Of a stretch of 64,000 bases of DNA, positions 18,735-28,202 are shown one piece after another. Below the pieces are notes generated by a model, which saw only the letters and a program-made list of their open reading frames with translations, searched no databases and had not been told where the DNA came from. The DNA is from a virus (Duplodnaviria > Caudoviricetes): the IMG/VR virus record IMGVR_UViG_3300042881_004206. One strand, given 5' to 3'. Numbering within the stretch: position 1 is the stretch's first letter; every line of letters starts with the position of its first letter. The position numbers and the translations under genes are program-made.

Positions 18735-19846
18735 AAACATTCCTACAACACAGCAAAGATTATGAAAAGTCTGAGATAGAAAGACAACTTGCACATTTTA
18801 GGGATATGGCCGAAAAGAGTAAACTGTCGGCTGAAACCTCTTTGATGCGAGGTGACCTCGATGGTCATGTAACATTCATGGCAAAACATGCTCATTTCAT
18901 GAAGCAATATGATCACTTAAACTCCATAAAGGAAGGTGTTGAAAGGATTGAAGAAGGCGAAAGCATTGTAACACCTAGAAAAACACTTCATGGTGAACCA
19001 CCAAAAGGAACTTACGCATACGAAAGAAAATATGGTGCCTATACTGCCAAGGGTGAGCTTCGAAAGAAACCAAACCCAAATAAACCACCCGTTAAAGAAA
19101 GCATTGATGAAAGCCATGTTGCAATTGCAATGGGTAAAGAAATGGATGATGAAGGAAGTATGATCATGAATCAGCTGGATCAAATTCAGCGTTCATGTGA
19201 AATGCTTCGTAAAGAAATCAAAGATCCAGAAATGCAATTACCTGCATGGGTACAATCCAAAGTAACTTTGGCTGCTGATTATATGGAAACAGTTGCTGGT
19301 TATATGGCAAGCAAGAATGAAAAAGTTAACGAAGAAGTCGAAGAAATTTATGAAGGTGATTATTCGGTAACTGTTAAACACACCAAAGATGGTCAAACGG
19401 TTGATCATGAATATATTGTGAAAAACGCTCAGAGTCCGAGACACGCCAAACATATTGCAATGAACCGACATGAAAATAAAGTTGGTAGATTGCAACCAGG
19501 CGAACAATATAGTGCCAGCAACAACACGGTTAGAGAACTCAATAAAGAAGAAGTTGAAAATATTGAGGAAGCCACACCAGCCTGGCAACGCAAAGAAGGC
19601 AAGTCTGAATCTGGTGGCTTAAATAGAAAAGGTATTGCAAGTTACAGACGCCAAAATCCTGGTTCCAAGTTATCAATGGCTGTTACAACTAAACCATCAA
19701 AATTAAAACCAGGTTCTAAGGCAGCTAATCGCCGCAAATCTTTTTGTGCCAGAATGACAGGAATGAAAAAGAGATTGACTTCTGCCAAGACAGCAAAAGA
19801 TCCAAATTCTAGAATCAACAAATCACTACGCAAGTGGAACTGCTAA
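18731..19846 (+). CDS. Modular head-internal-type polyprotein
   Basis: Short modules separated by [LIV]xE sites; LPAWVQSKVTLAADY module; C-terminal AWQRKEGK..RRKSFCARM..RKWNC module (DUF6321-like by recall). Confidence 0.6.
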   Translation: MKTFLQHSKDYEKSEIERQLAHFRDMAEKSKLSAETSLMRGDLDGHVTFMAKHAHFMKQYDHLNSIKEGVERIEEGESIVTPRKTLHGEPPKGTYAYERKYGAYTAKGELRKKPNPNKPPVKESIDESHVAIAMGKEMDDEGSMIMNQLDQIQRSCEMLRKEIKDPEMQLPAWVQSKVTLAADYMETVAGYMASKNEKVNEEVEEIYEGDYSVTVKHTKDGQTVDHEYIVKNAQSPRHAKHIAMNRHENKVGRLQPGEQYSASNNTVRELNKEEVENIEEATPAWQRKEGKSESGGLNRKGIASYRRQNPGSKLSMAVTTKPSKLKPGSKAANRRKSFCARMTGMKKRLTSAKTAKDPNSRINKSLRKWNC

Positions 19847-19860
19847 ACGGAGAACAATAA

Positions 19861-21060
19861 ATGAACGACCTAAGAAAAAAAGATTCAGTTGCCGATTCAA
19901 TCCAATCAATTTTGGAAAAAGAATTGTCCACAAAACAAAAGAAAATTGCAAAAATGTCTCCACCAGAAGACAAGATTGACGCTGGTGATTTGGCTAAGTT
20001 GAGAGCTGGTCATAAACCAACTAGTGAAGAAATCGATCCTAATAACACAACAACAGATACATTAAAAGGTCGCGAGAAAAAAAGTGATAATCGGTTCCTC
20101 TCAAAGAAAGTTTTGATGGATGTTCCAGGAAATGTTAAAGAAGAATCGGAACAACTGGATGAACTGAAAAAGTCAACTGTAAAATCTTATATTGGCAAGA
20201 AAATGGATTCACTTCCGGGCAAAGATCCGAAGAAGGATCAAGAAAGTCTGATGAGAGCTCACCATCGTGTAACTGGTGTTAAGCCAACATCTGAATCAGT
20301 TAAAACATTAAAATCGTTTAGAGAAGAAATAGAAGAACCTATTTTGGACGAACTGATCAATGAAGTCTTGGGTAAAGACGCATCCGCTGGTGATTGGATT
20401 CACGATTTCGTTCATTCTGATAATCCAAAATTCAAGGGCAAGTCTAAAGCTAAACGCAAAGAAATGGCTTTGGCTGCCTATTATGCAAAACAACGTAATG
20501 AAGAAGTTGAACAATTGGATGAAGGTAAGATGAAAGAACTTTCTATTGATTTGAAAGATATGTCGCATGACGAATTTCAGAAACAATATGGCAAATCAAA
20601 AAGTCATTTCACTTCGAATCCAAAAGAAACTGGCGCAACCGTTTCGAGCATTCGTGCTAAATTAGCAGATAAGAAAATGGCAAAAGAAGAAATTGAAGTT
20701 GAAGAATCTGCTAATCCATTCAGTCCCGACTATAAAAGTCAAATGAAAACCAAACCAGGTGAAAAAGCTGGATTTGACTCCAAGAAAATTTCGACCGGCA
20801 CTGTTTATTCTAAAAAACATAAAGCAGAACCGGAAGATGATAAAAAAAAAGTAAATGAAATGAAAAGACCCGAGAGTGACACTGTTCCTTTTGTGAGTGA
20901 TGTGCCATTTGAGGGTCCTTATAAAAAATCTAGTTCAGCTTCTGTGGTCGACAAATCTGGAGCAAAACATACTCCTATGTCGAGAGTCAAACACTTAGCT
21001 AAACAATCAATGAAAAAAGTTAAAGCAGAAATGATGGGAAAAACAGGCACTTCTGAATAA
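19861..21060 (+). CDS. Highly charged modular polyprotein
   Basis: Repeated xEE/LDE/INE sites; DWIHDFVHSDNPKFKGKS..ALAAYY module. Confidence 0.6.
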   Translation: MNDLRKKDSVADSIQSILEKELSTKQKKIAKMSPPEDKIDAGDLAKLRAGHKPTSEEIDPNNTTTDTLKGREKKSDNRFLSKKVLMDVPGNVKEESEQLDELKKSTVKSYIGKKMDSLPGKDPKKDQESLMRAHHRVTGVKPTSESVKTLKSFREEIEEPILDELINEVLGKDASAGDWIHDFVHSDNPKFKGKSKAKRKEMALAAYYAKQRNEEVEQLDEGKMKELSIDLKDMSHDEFQKQYGKSKSHFTSNPKETGATVSSIRAKLADKKMAKEEIEVEESANPFSPDYKSQMKTKPGEKAGFDSKKISTGTVYSKKHKAEPEDDKKKVNEMKRPESDTVPFVSDVPFEGPYKKSSSASVVDKSGAKHTPMSRVKHLAKQSMKKVKAEMMGKTGTSE

Positions 21061-21068
21061 GGTCTAAG

Positions 21069-22403
21069 ATGAATAAATCACAAATTATCAAATCAGTTGT
21101 GAAGAAAAAGGGTCCTCCTACCACATTCGGTACGGACCCACAAAATCCATGGGCAACAAAATCAAATGTGACTGAATCTTCCATCAACGAATGGAAACAA
21201 AGCTCTGCTTTGGTTCGTTTCTTGAAATCAAAAGGTGTTGATCCGCGATATGTCACAAAAGACACAATGATCAGTCATTCGAAATCTGGAGAATTTTCTA
21301 AATGGAAGTCTGACCATAATATATCGGAAGAAGCTGATAAAAAAGATACAATCACTTTCGACATACCATTGATAATTCGCATGTTGGAGTTAGCCAGAGA
21401 AGATTTGAAGTCGGACGCTGATTTGCATCGTGTTGTTGAAAAATTAATTGAAATACGCAACAAAGGCGTATTGACTATGGACGATTATGATTATGTTGCC
21501 AACATTAAAGAAGGTTTTGAAGTTACGGATGAAATGCATGACATGTTGGATGAAGACCTGAGAAAATGGTTTAAACAAAAGTGGGTGCGTATGGATACCA
21601 AAGGTAACATAAAAGGTGATTGTGCTCGTGAACCGGGTGAAGGAAAACCAAAGTGTCTGCCTATGGCTAGAGCGCATGCTTTAGGAAAAGAAGGTCGCGC
21701 ATCTGCGGCTAAACGCAAGCGCAGAGAAGATCCTAATCCCGAAAGAAGAGGAAGTCCAATTAATGTGCGTACAGAAGAAGTTGAAGAATTGAACGAAAAA
21801 AATAAACCAACAAGTCCAGAAAAGTGGGCTCGTGCAAAGGCGGCTGCAAAATCCAAATTTGCAGTTTATCCTTCCGCATATGCAAATGCTTGGGCAGCCA
21901 AGAAATACAAATCCATGGGTGGTGGTTGGAGAAGTACGAACGAAGAATCGGAACAAGTTGACGAGAGATGCTGGCCTGGTTACAGACCAGTTAAAGGTAA
22001 AAAAGCTTATGATAAAGGATCTTGTGTGAAAGAAGACAAGTTTCAAGATCCTTATGCTGCCACACAGACAGTCGGTATGGAAATTGATACAGATTCTGTT
22101 CCAAGTAGAAAAAAAGAATTATCTAAATCTGCAAGAATCATAAAATCGATTTATAAAAAAAAGAACGTGAAAGAGGAATTATATGATCATGAAAAGGAAA
22201 AGAAAGTTCCTTCTTTAGGTAAAAAACCTAAAGTGTCTGAAATAGCTGGCGAAATCGGAAAAATGCCTGCGGCTGCTGCAGTCATGTCTGGTGGAACCAC
22301 CATGACTGGTGAAAAAAGAGATACAGTAGAAATTGACCCAATGATGAAATTCAAAGTTGGAGTTTCCGATAAGTCGGGTCAAGTAGATCCAACAAAAAGA
22401 TAA
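21069..22403 (+). CDS. Modular polyprotein (DUF5872-like modules)
   Basis: DLRKWFKQKW..KPKCLP, YPSAYANAW..GGGW and CWPGY modules between [LIV]xE sites. Confidence 0.6.
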   Translation: MNKSQIIKSVVKKKGPPTTFGTDPQNPWATKSNVTESSINEWKQSSALVRFLKSKGVDPRYVTKDTMISHSKSGEFSKWKSDHNISEEADKKDTITFDIPLIIRMLELAREDLKSDADLHRVVEKLIEIRNKGVLTMDDYDYVANIKEGFEVTDEMHDMLDEDLRKWFKQKWVRMDTKGNIKGDCAREPGEGKPKCLPMARAHALGKEGRASAAKRKRREDPNPERRGSPINVRTEEVEELNEKNKPTSPEKWARAKAAAKSKFAVYPSAYANAWAAKKYKSMGGGWRSTNEESEQVDERCWPGYRPVKGKKAYDKGSCVKEDKFQDPYAATQTVGMEIDTDSVPSRKKELSKSARIIKSIYKKKNVKEELYDHEKEKKVPSLGKKPKVSEIAGEIGKMPAAAAVMSGGTTMTGEKRDTVEIDPMMKFKVGVSDKSGQVDPTKR

Positions 22404-22406
22404 ATA
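22399..22406 (+). promoter_or_regulatory. T4-type late promoter (GATAAATA)
   Basis: ATAAATA core 33 nt upstream of ATG 22440, which has an AGGAG RBS. Confidence 0.55.
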
Positions 22407-22439
22407 GTAACATAACCCTCGGTTAAAAGGAGAATAACA

Positions 22440-23123
22440 ATGTCATCTTGGGGAAATAACGACAATGCTGCCAATGCTCCATATTGGGCAGTCAATTCTA
22501 CAATCGTAAATGCAGCTGGAGTAAAGGCTTCCGCTGCAGCACCTACGGCCGCAAACGTTGCTTTATTATATGGCAACACAACCGCTGATGTATACACATC
22601 AGGTGAAACCATCGGTCTGTTTGGTGTTGATGCACAAGAAGCTACAGTTACTCATGCTCAACACACCGGATGGGTGTTGAGAACTACAGGTTCTGGTGGC
22701 CGTGCTAACAGAGTACAACATGAAGTGCTTGTTGCTTTAAGTGAAATGAAAGGACCTGACGGTGATGCGCAGCAGTATCCTAATGTGTCTATCACTTTAG
22801 TCAGCCCATCCGGTGCAACAGTAACTTCCAATACATCCAACGCCAACTTTGCGACATTTACCGTTGGAACATCATTGGTTGGAAACACAAGTGCAACACT
22901 GTCTTACCAGTGGCAAATTAATAGCAATACAGGTTCCCTTGGTTGGACAAATGTTGCAAACAATACACCAACCGCAACTGGTTACCTGGACGGAACAACC
23001 AATACACTCAAGGTTTACCCATACAACGCAACCGCAAACCAGTATGTTGTTCGCGCAATTGTTACGGCAGCCGATCAGGGTGTATCAGCAACATCCGCCA
23101 ACGCAATCGTTACAATTATGTAA
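22440..23123 (+). CDS. Virion structural protein with C-terminal Ig-like domain
   Basis: Ala/Thr/Asn-rich; GWVLRTTGSGGRANRVQHEVLVA motif; LSYQWQ..W..Y.V.AIV Ig-like pattern; late promoter. Confidence 0.6.
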   Translation: MSSWGNNDNAANAPYWAVNSTIVNAAGVKASAAAPTAANVALLYGNTTADVYTSGETIGLFGVDAQEATVTHAQHTGWVLRTTGSGGRANRVQHEVLVALSEMKGPDGDAQQYPNVSITLVSPSGATVTSNTSNANFATFTVGTSLVGNTSATLSYQWQINSNTGSLGWTNVANNTPTATGYLDGTTNTLKVYPYNATANQYVVRAIVTAADQGVSATSANAIVTIM

Positions 23124-23132
23124 TTTTAGAAC

Positions 23133-23155
23133 GGGGCAGTTCGCTGCCCCTTTTT
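23133..23155 (+). terminator. Rho-independent terminator
   Basis: GGGGCAG-TTCG-CTGCCCC followed by TTTTT. Confidence 0.92.
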
Positions 23156-23159
23156 AATT

Positions 23160-23546
23160 ATGTTTGATAATTTGAATGAAGATAATTTTATCATCTACGC
23201 AATGAAGTGTTATACTTCTCCGCATTGTATTATGTCGGAATTTGAAGGTGATATAAAAAGAACAAAATATCTAAAAAGATTGTTTCGAAGATATAAAATT
23301 ACTAAGTCATTAAAAGAACGTTTAATATTGAACCATATTATTCTGTTAAATAATGTATTTGGTAATGAAGCAACAACAAGAATTTTGTTTTACAAAACAG
23401 ATGAACGCGATTATGATGTTTTAAAGACATTTTTAATGTACTTAAATATTATGCCTGATGTGGTGTGTGGCATCAAAGGTAAAAACATACACATAGAAGA
23501 CATTCCTATTGATTCGAATATTGCAGAAATATTAAGTAAAATATGA
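23160..23546 (+). CDS. Conserved T4-like hypothetical protein
   Basis: LNEDNFIIYAMK.Y..P.C..EF..D..R..Y ... RLILNHII.L.NVFG motif. Confidence 0.75.
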   Translation: MFDNLNEDNFIIYAMKCYTSPHCIMSEFEGDIKRTKYLKRLFRRYKITKSLKERLILNHIILLNNVFGNEATTRILFYKTDERDYDVLKTFLMYLNIMPDVVCGIKGKNIHIEDIPIDSNIAEILSKI

Positions 23547-23734
23547 AAAATTTCAAAAAATTCGTATACGAAGATGGTGTCGGCGCAGTAGCTGCCGCAC
23601 CCACAAATACAACAGGATCCGGTCAAGTAGCTGGTATGGGTCAACCACCTGGTAGCAAATCTGGTGAACCAGGAGTCAGCAAAAAAAGAAATCCAATGAT
23701 GGGATTTTTTAAAAGAAAACAACCGAAAATGTAG
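23543..23734 (+). CDS. Small Gly-rich protein with capsid-targeting-like N-terminus
   Basis: MKNFKKFVYE then PTNTTGSG..AG; resembles T4 61.1-type peptides (recall). Confidence 0.55.
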   Translation: MKNFKKFVYEDGVGAVAAAPTNTTGSGQVAGMGQPPGSKSGEPGVSKKRNPMMGFFKRKQPKM

Positions 23735-23743
23735 GATATTAAA

Positions 23744-24199
23744 ATGTGGATTTTAGAATGGTTGCCTTTTTGGATATTTTATGTTATACTTCTGATAGGT
23801 GTATTGGGACTGGCTGCAACCTTTCTGATGCGTTTTTTACCTATTCCTGGTCTATATCTTTATAAAACTGCAATACAACTAGTATCGATTGTTCTAGTCG
23901 TTATAGGCACCTATATGTCTGGTGCAATATCAAACGAAGAATCCTGGTTGGCAAAAGTCAAAGAACTTGAAACTAAAGTATCTGAATCCGAAAAAAAGGC
24001 AGCCGAAAAAAATACCGAAATTGTTGAAAAAGTAGTCACGAAGACTCAAGTTATAAAAGAAAAGGGTGATGATATCATTAAGTATGTGGACAGAGAAGTG
24101 GTAAAAAAAGAAGAAGTTGTCAAATTTGTTGAAAACTGTCCTATACCAAATGACATCATTAACGCTCACAATGCAGCTGCAAGCCTAAATAAAAAATGA
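23744..24199 (+). CDS. Membrane-anchored coiled-coil protein, putative i-spanin (Rz-like)
   Basis: Two N-terminal TM segments and a coiled-coil tail; precedes a lipoprotein and the endolysin. Confidence 0.55.
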   Translation: MWILEWLPFWIFYVILLIGVLGLAATFLMRFLPIPGLYLYKTAIQLVSIVLVVIGTYMSGAISNEESWLAKVKELETKVSESEKKAAEKNTEIVEKVVTKTQVIKEKGDDIIKYVDREVVKKEEVVKFVENCPIPNDIINAHNAAASLNKK

Positions 24200-24507
24200 G
24201 ATTAGTTTTACTTATTTTACCATTTTTATTATCGGCTTGCGCAATGTTTAAAACCGTTGTGCCCGTTGAAAGACATTTCCCCGAAGTGCCCAAAACATTA
24301 CAGGAAAAATGTAATGAATTAAAAACTTTACAGGGAGACAAGGTTTCAATTACAGATATGTTAAAAGTTGTGGTTGAAAATTATAGAATGTACTATGAGT
24401 GTTCAACAAAAGTTGAAGGTTGGCAAGAATGGTATGATGAACAACGGAAAATATTTGATGGTGTGGATAAAAAACAAAAATCTTGGTACAATATTTGGAG
24501 TAAATAA
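24196..24507 (+). CDS. Lipoprotein, putative o-spanin (Rz1-like)
   Basis: Lipobox LSAC; P..L..KC..L and Y..C pattern. Confidence 0.6.
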   Translation: MRLVLLILPFLLSACAMFKTVVPVERHFPEVPKTLQEKCNELKTLQGDKVSITDMLKVVVENYRMYYECSTKVEGWQEWYDEQRKIFDGVDKKQKSWYNIWSK

Positions 24508-24767
24508 TGAAATATTTAATTCTAGCACTCACTTGTCTCTCACTCACTGGCTGTGCAACAGCTAGTAAAGACCAATTATATTACGATACAGCTAAGTCAA
24601 TTAGTAAAGATAATACAATGTCACAAACAGCATGTTGGTCTGCTGTCACCGAAATAGCAAAAGGTGGCGACAACTCAGCTAAAGTTGGTGCAATTGCACT
24701 TGCTGATAGATGCAAAAATGAAACAGTTAAAATTGAAGCTCCAAAAAGAAATTGGATGGGATTTTAA
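24507..24767 (+). CDS. Small lipoprotein
   Basis: Lipobox LTGC after a hydrophobic stretch. Confidence 0.65.
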   Translation: MKYLILALTCLSLTGCATASKDQLYYDTAKSISKDNTMSQTACWSAVTEIAKGGDNSAKVGAIALADRCKNETVKIEAPKRNWMGF

Positions 24768-24777
24768 AGGATAAAAA

Positions 24778-25404
24778 ATGGAATTAACATTAGAACAATT
24801 AAAACAATTACTTCCAAAAAATCCTTATGTAACTCATTGGCATAATGCTCTGGTGCAATTATTTCCTGACTATGAAATAAACACATCTAGAAGAATGGCA
24901 GCATTCATTGCTCAATGTGCTCATGAGTCTGGTGGATTCATGATTCTCACAGAGAATTTAAATTACAAATGGCAAACACTTAGAAAATTATTTCCAAAGT
25001 ATTTTCCTGATGATGCAACCGCACAAAGATACGCATCAATGCCGAACAAACAAGAGGCAATTGCAAATAGAATTTATGCAAGCCGGATGGGTAATGGACC
25101 CGAAGAATCTGGTGACGGATTCAAGTATCGTGGCCGTGGTTTGATTCAACTTACCGGTCGCGATAACTATTCTTGGTTTGCAGCTTCACTAGAAATTTCT
25201 GCCGAAGAAGCAACAGAATACCTAGGCACATTTGAAGGTGCTGCACAGTCCGCGTGTTGGTTCTGGGAAACAAATAAACTCAATCAATGGGCAGATAACG
25301 GCGACATTGTAACTTTGACAAAGCGAATCAATGGTGGAACCATAGGGCTTGATGATCGCATTAAACATTATGAACATGCGCTTCACGTTCTAGGGGGTCA
25401 CTGA
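24778..25404 (+). CDS. Glycoside hydrolase family 19 endolysin
   Basis: AAFIAQCAHESGGF, ENLNY, YRGRGLIQLTGRDNY, SACWFW, INGG..GLDDR. Confidence 0.93.
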   Translation: MELTLEQLKQLLPKNPYVTHWHNALVQLFPDYEINTSRRMAAFIAQCAHESGGFMILTENLNYKWQTLRKLFPKYFPDDATAQRYASMPNKQEAIANRIYASRMGNGPEESGDGFKYRGRGLIQLTGRDNYSWFAASLEISAEEATEYLGTFEGAAQSACWFWETNKLNQWADNGDIVTLTKRINGGTIGLDDRIKHYEHALHVLGGH

Positions 25405-25682
25405 TGAATGATAAAAAATTATTTAAATACCTACTCTTTCTTCTAGTTCTTCCAATTGGACTGGCAATTTTTGGTGGTGACAGATTTCGTTATCCATGTC
25501 AAGATCCAAAAAATTGGGACAAAGAGATGTGTCAAAAGCCACTGTGTGATGTGACAAGAACCTGTCCAGAACACGTATTTAAGGGTCAACGTGATCCTAG
25601 ATTAGGACCTCCAAATGATGCAATCAATAACCAACCTTCTCAACAAATTTGTGTTCCGCAAGGAGTCAGCTGTGGAAAATAA
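25404..25682 (+). CDS. Membrane-anchored Cys-rich protein
   Basis: N-terminal TM; RFRYPCQDP..W..C..P.C..TRTCP. Confidence 0.65.
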   Translation: MNDKKLFKYLLFLLVLPIGLAIFGGDRFRYPCQDPKNWDKEMCQKPLCDVTRTCPEHVFKGQRDPRLGPPNDAINNQPSQQICVPQGVSCGK

Positions 25683-26157
25683 ACCAGAATTTGTATACAC
25701 AGAAGAGCAATTAATGGCTCGTCTGAAATTCTTTATTGGTGTGTGTCTTGCATTAACTCTCACTGGTATTGTGTTCGTTGTTTTATATTCTTTAATTTTC
25801 GTCACACAGCCACTCAATGCAATTTCACCAATCGACCAAAAATTCTTTGAATTAATTGTTCCTATTGCCACATTCTTGACAGGTACACTTTCGGGCATCA
25901 TGTTATCTGGTGCTAAGAAAGAGGATCAAGAAGCCATGTTGGCCGCACAAAAATTGGCTAACGAAAACTTCGAAGCTACTAAGAAGGCAATGGTCGCACC
26001 ACCTCCGCCACCATCGATGCCAACAGTTACAGTAACTGACAAGGGCATAACAATTGGTGCCGGTGCGTCTAACGCTCCCACTCAATCTCCAGGACAAGTC
26101 GTTGTGGGATACGGAGGAAAACTAGCACCTCCACAGTCGCCACATCCTGAGATTTGA
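25672..26157 (+). CDS. Two-TM membrane protein (holin candidate)
   Basis: Probable GTG start at 25672 after AGGAG; two TM helices and a Pro-rich tail. Confidence 0.55.
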   Translation: MENKPEFVYTEEQLMARLKFFIGVCLALTLTGIVFVVLYSLIFVTQPLNAISPIDQKFFELIVPIATFLTGTLSGIMLSGAKKEDQEAMLAAQKLANENFEATKKAMVAPPPPPSMPTVTVTDKGITIGAGASNAPTQSPGQVVVGYGGKLAPPQSPHPEI

Positions 26158-26160
26158 TGA

Positions 26161-26469
26161 ATGCAAATCAAAAGTTTGCTCCAAGATGGTGTTGATGGGT
26201 CTTTAAGTAGTAGGCGCGTCATCACCTTCTTGGCGTTTGTATTTTGTAGTATTGCCTTTTTTGCCAATTTATTTTGGGGTAAAAAAGTAGATTCATTTAT
26301 GTTTGAAGGCATGATGTATATTGCGATAGCTGGATTGGGAGTAACTGTAGCCGAAAAATTTTCAAATAGAAATGCACCGATTATAAACTCACCATATCAC
26401 ACAGAAACAATAAATAGAAAACCAATTTACGGTACACCTTTACCTAAAATACAGGAGAGAGAAATATGA
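26161..26469 (+). CDS. Two-TM membrane protein
   Basis: SSRRVITFLAF.. and GMMYIAIAGLGVTVAEKF hydrophobic segments. Confidence 0.6.
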   Translation: MQIKSLLQDGVDGSLSSRRVITFLAFVFCSIAFFANLFWGKKVDSFMFEGMMYIAIAGLGVTVAEKFSNRNAPIINSPYHTETINRKPIYGTPLPKIQEREI

Positions 26470-26699
26470 AAGCTATTGCCATCGTAACTCTAATTGCTTC
26501 TTCGCTTTTTTTAAATACATCATTTGCAAATGCACCTAAAGCTGAAGATAAACCGGCCGAAGTTAAAAAAGTTTGCATTGATAAAGTCACAAAAGACGGA
26601 AAGCCAGTTCTCGATAAAGCCGGCAAACAAGTGCAAGAATGTAAAGAAATGAAGGTTCATAAAAAATTAGAAGGAACAAAAGTTCCTGAAAAGAAATAA
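26466..26699 (+). CDS. Small exported protein
   Basis: Signal peptide ending SFA; KKVC..QECKEMKVHKKLEG. Confidence 0.6.
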   Translation: MKAIAIVTLIASSLFLNTSFANAPKAEDKPAEVKKVCIDKVTKDGKPVLDKAGKQVQECKEMKVHKKLEGTKVPEKK

Positions 26700-27160
26700 T
26701 GTCTGTAAATACAAAAGGTGAAATTGATATACGGGTCGATGTGGTCGACCTGCAGGTTGATGTTGGTGTGATGAAACAGCAAATCACTAACATCACCTCA
26801 TTATGTGGAAAAATGGATTCACTGATAGAAAAAATGATGGAAAAACAAGATAAAATCGAATCTGAGATTTATAATCATGTTGAAAAGAAACAGGAAGAAA
26901 CAACTTCCGATGTGAAGGAATTACATTCCAGAATTACCACTGTTGATAGAAATCTTTCGGATAAGTTGGAACTTACCGAAAGAAGAATTATGGACGAAAT
27001 TAAATCGTTGAGACAGGAAATCAACGCACACAATCAAAGAGAAGACGACCAAATAGAAAAAATATTGGAGTGGAAATGGATGGCAGCCGGTGGCATTATT
27101 GTAATCGCATGGTTGCTTTCACACGTTAAATTTGATATAATTTCGAAATTATTCGGTTAA
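26699..27160 (+). CDS. Coiled-coil protein with C-terminal TM anchor
   Basis: Heptad-rich; C-terminal WKWMAAGGIIVIAWLL. Confidence 0.6.
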   Translation: MSVNTKGEIDIRVDVVDLQVDVGVMKQQITNITSLCGKMDSLIEKMMEKQDKIESEIYNHVEKKQEETTSDVKELHSRITTVDRNLSDKLELTERRIMDEIKSLRQEINAHNQREDDQIEKILEWKWMAAGGIIVIAWLLSHVKFDIISKLFG

Positions 27161-27184
27161 CTTTTTCTTTCCTTTAATTTTGTT

Positions 27185-28192
27185 ATGAGCGTTTTCATTG
27201 ATCGTACCTTTTTGCTACGGGTTTCTCCGAAGCTTCAAAAATTCACACAGAAAAAAGAGGATCTCTATAATTTTAGGTGTCCTCTCTGTGGCGATTCTTC
27301 AAAAAATAAAACCAAAGCTCGCGGTTATGTCTACCGCAAAAAGAATGATTATTTCTACATGTGCCATAATTGTGGTGCATCCACCAATTTTTATAATTTT
27401 CTCGATAAGGTGGATTCAAGCCTTGTCAAAGAATATGCTCTAGAGCGTTATAAAAATGAAACCGGTGCCAACAACTATAAGAAGCCAGATTTCGACGAAT
27501 TCAAAACCAAAACTACTTTTAAACAGAAACTTGATTTGCCTTCGATATCCGATTTACCCGATGAACATTATGCAAAAACATATGTTTTGTCCAGAGGTAT
27601 TCCAGAAGAACACCATTTAAATCTTTATTATGCAGAAGATTTTAAAAAGTTTGTTGAATCATTGGATGTGGAGAAAGATGGTTTAAAAGATAATGATCCC
27701 AGACTTATTATTCCCTTTTATGATGAAGAAAAAAATCTAGTTGCATTTCAAGGTCGTTCACTAGGTGAGTCTAAATTAAGGTACATAACAATCAAATTGG
27801 ACCAAGACAACTATAAAGTTTTTGGTCTCGACAGGATCGACCAGGATGAAATGATTTATGTAGTCGAAGGCCCTATCGATTCTTTATTTTTAAAAAATGC
27901 TGTGGCTACGGCCGATTCGAATTTGATGGCTGTTTCTAAGATATTTGATCGTTCAAAAGTAACTCTTGTGTATGATAACGAACCGAGAAATAAAGAATTA
28001 CACAAACAAATGGAAAGAGCAATTGAAGAACATTATAATGTGGTAATATGGCCGGAGATGATTGACAAAAAAGATATCAATGATATGATACTCGATGGTT
28101 TCTCATCGGATGAAATTCAAGATATCATAAGTAAAAATACATTTGTAAATCTTAGAGCGAAGATGGAATTCATAAATTGGAAAAAGACTTAA
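27185..28192 (+). CDS. 61: DNA primase gp61
   Basis: CPLCGDS..CHNCG zinc finger, FQGR, TOPRIM VVEGPIDSLF, DNEPRN, KDINDM. Confidence 0.96.
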   Translation: MSVFIDRTFLLRVSPKLQKFTQKKEDLYNFRCPLCGDSSKNKTKARGYVYRKKNDYFYMCHNCGASTNFYNFLDKVDSSLVKEYALERYKNETGANNYKKPDFDEFKTKTTFKQKLDLPSISDLPDEHYAKTYVLSRGIPEEHHLNLYYAEDFKKFVESLDVEKDGLKDNDPRLIIPFYDEEKNLVAFQGRSLGESKLRYITIKLDQDNYKVFGLDRIDQDEMIYVVEGPIDSLFLKNAVATADSNLMAVSKIFDRSKVTLVYDNEPRNKELHKQMERAIEEHYNVVIWPEMIDKKDINDMILDGFSSDEIQDIISKNTFVNLRAKMEFINWKKT

Positions 28193-28202
28193 TGGAGAAT
28201 AA

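Noticed and set aside
16099-22888. Numerous minus-strand ORFs of 60-120 aa across the polyprotein operon and elsewhere
   Set aside because: Antisense shadows of well-supported plus-strand genes, without RBS, promoters or motifs
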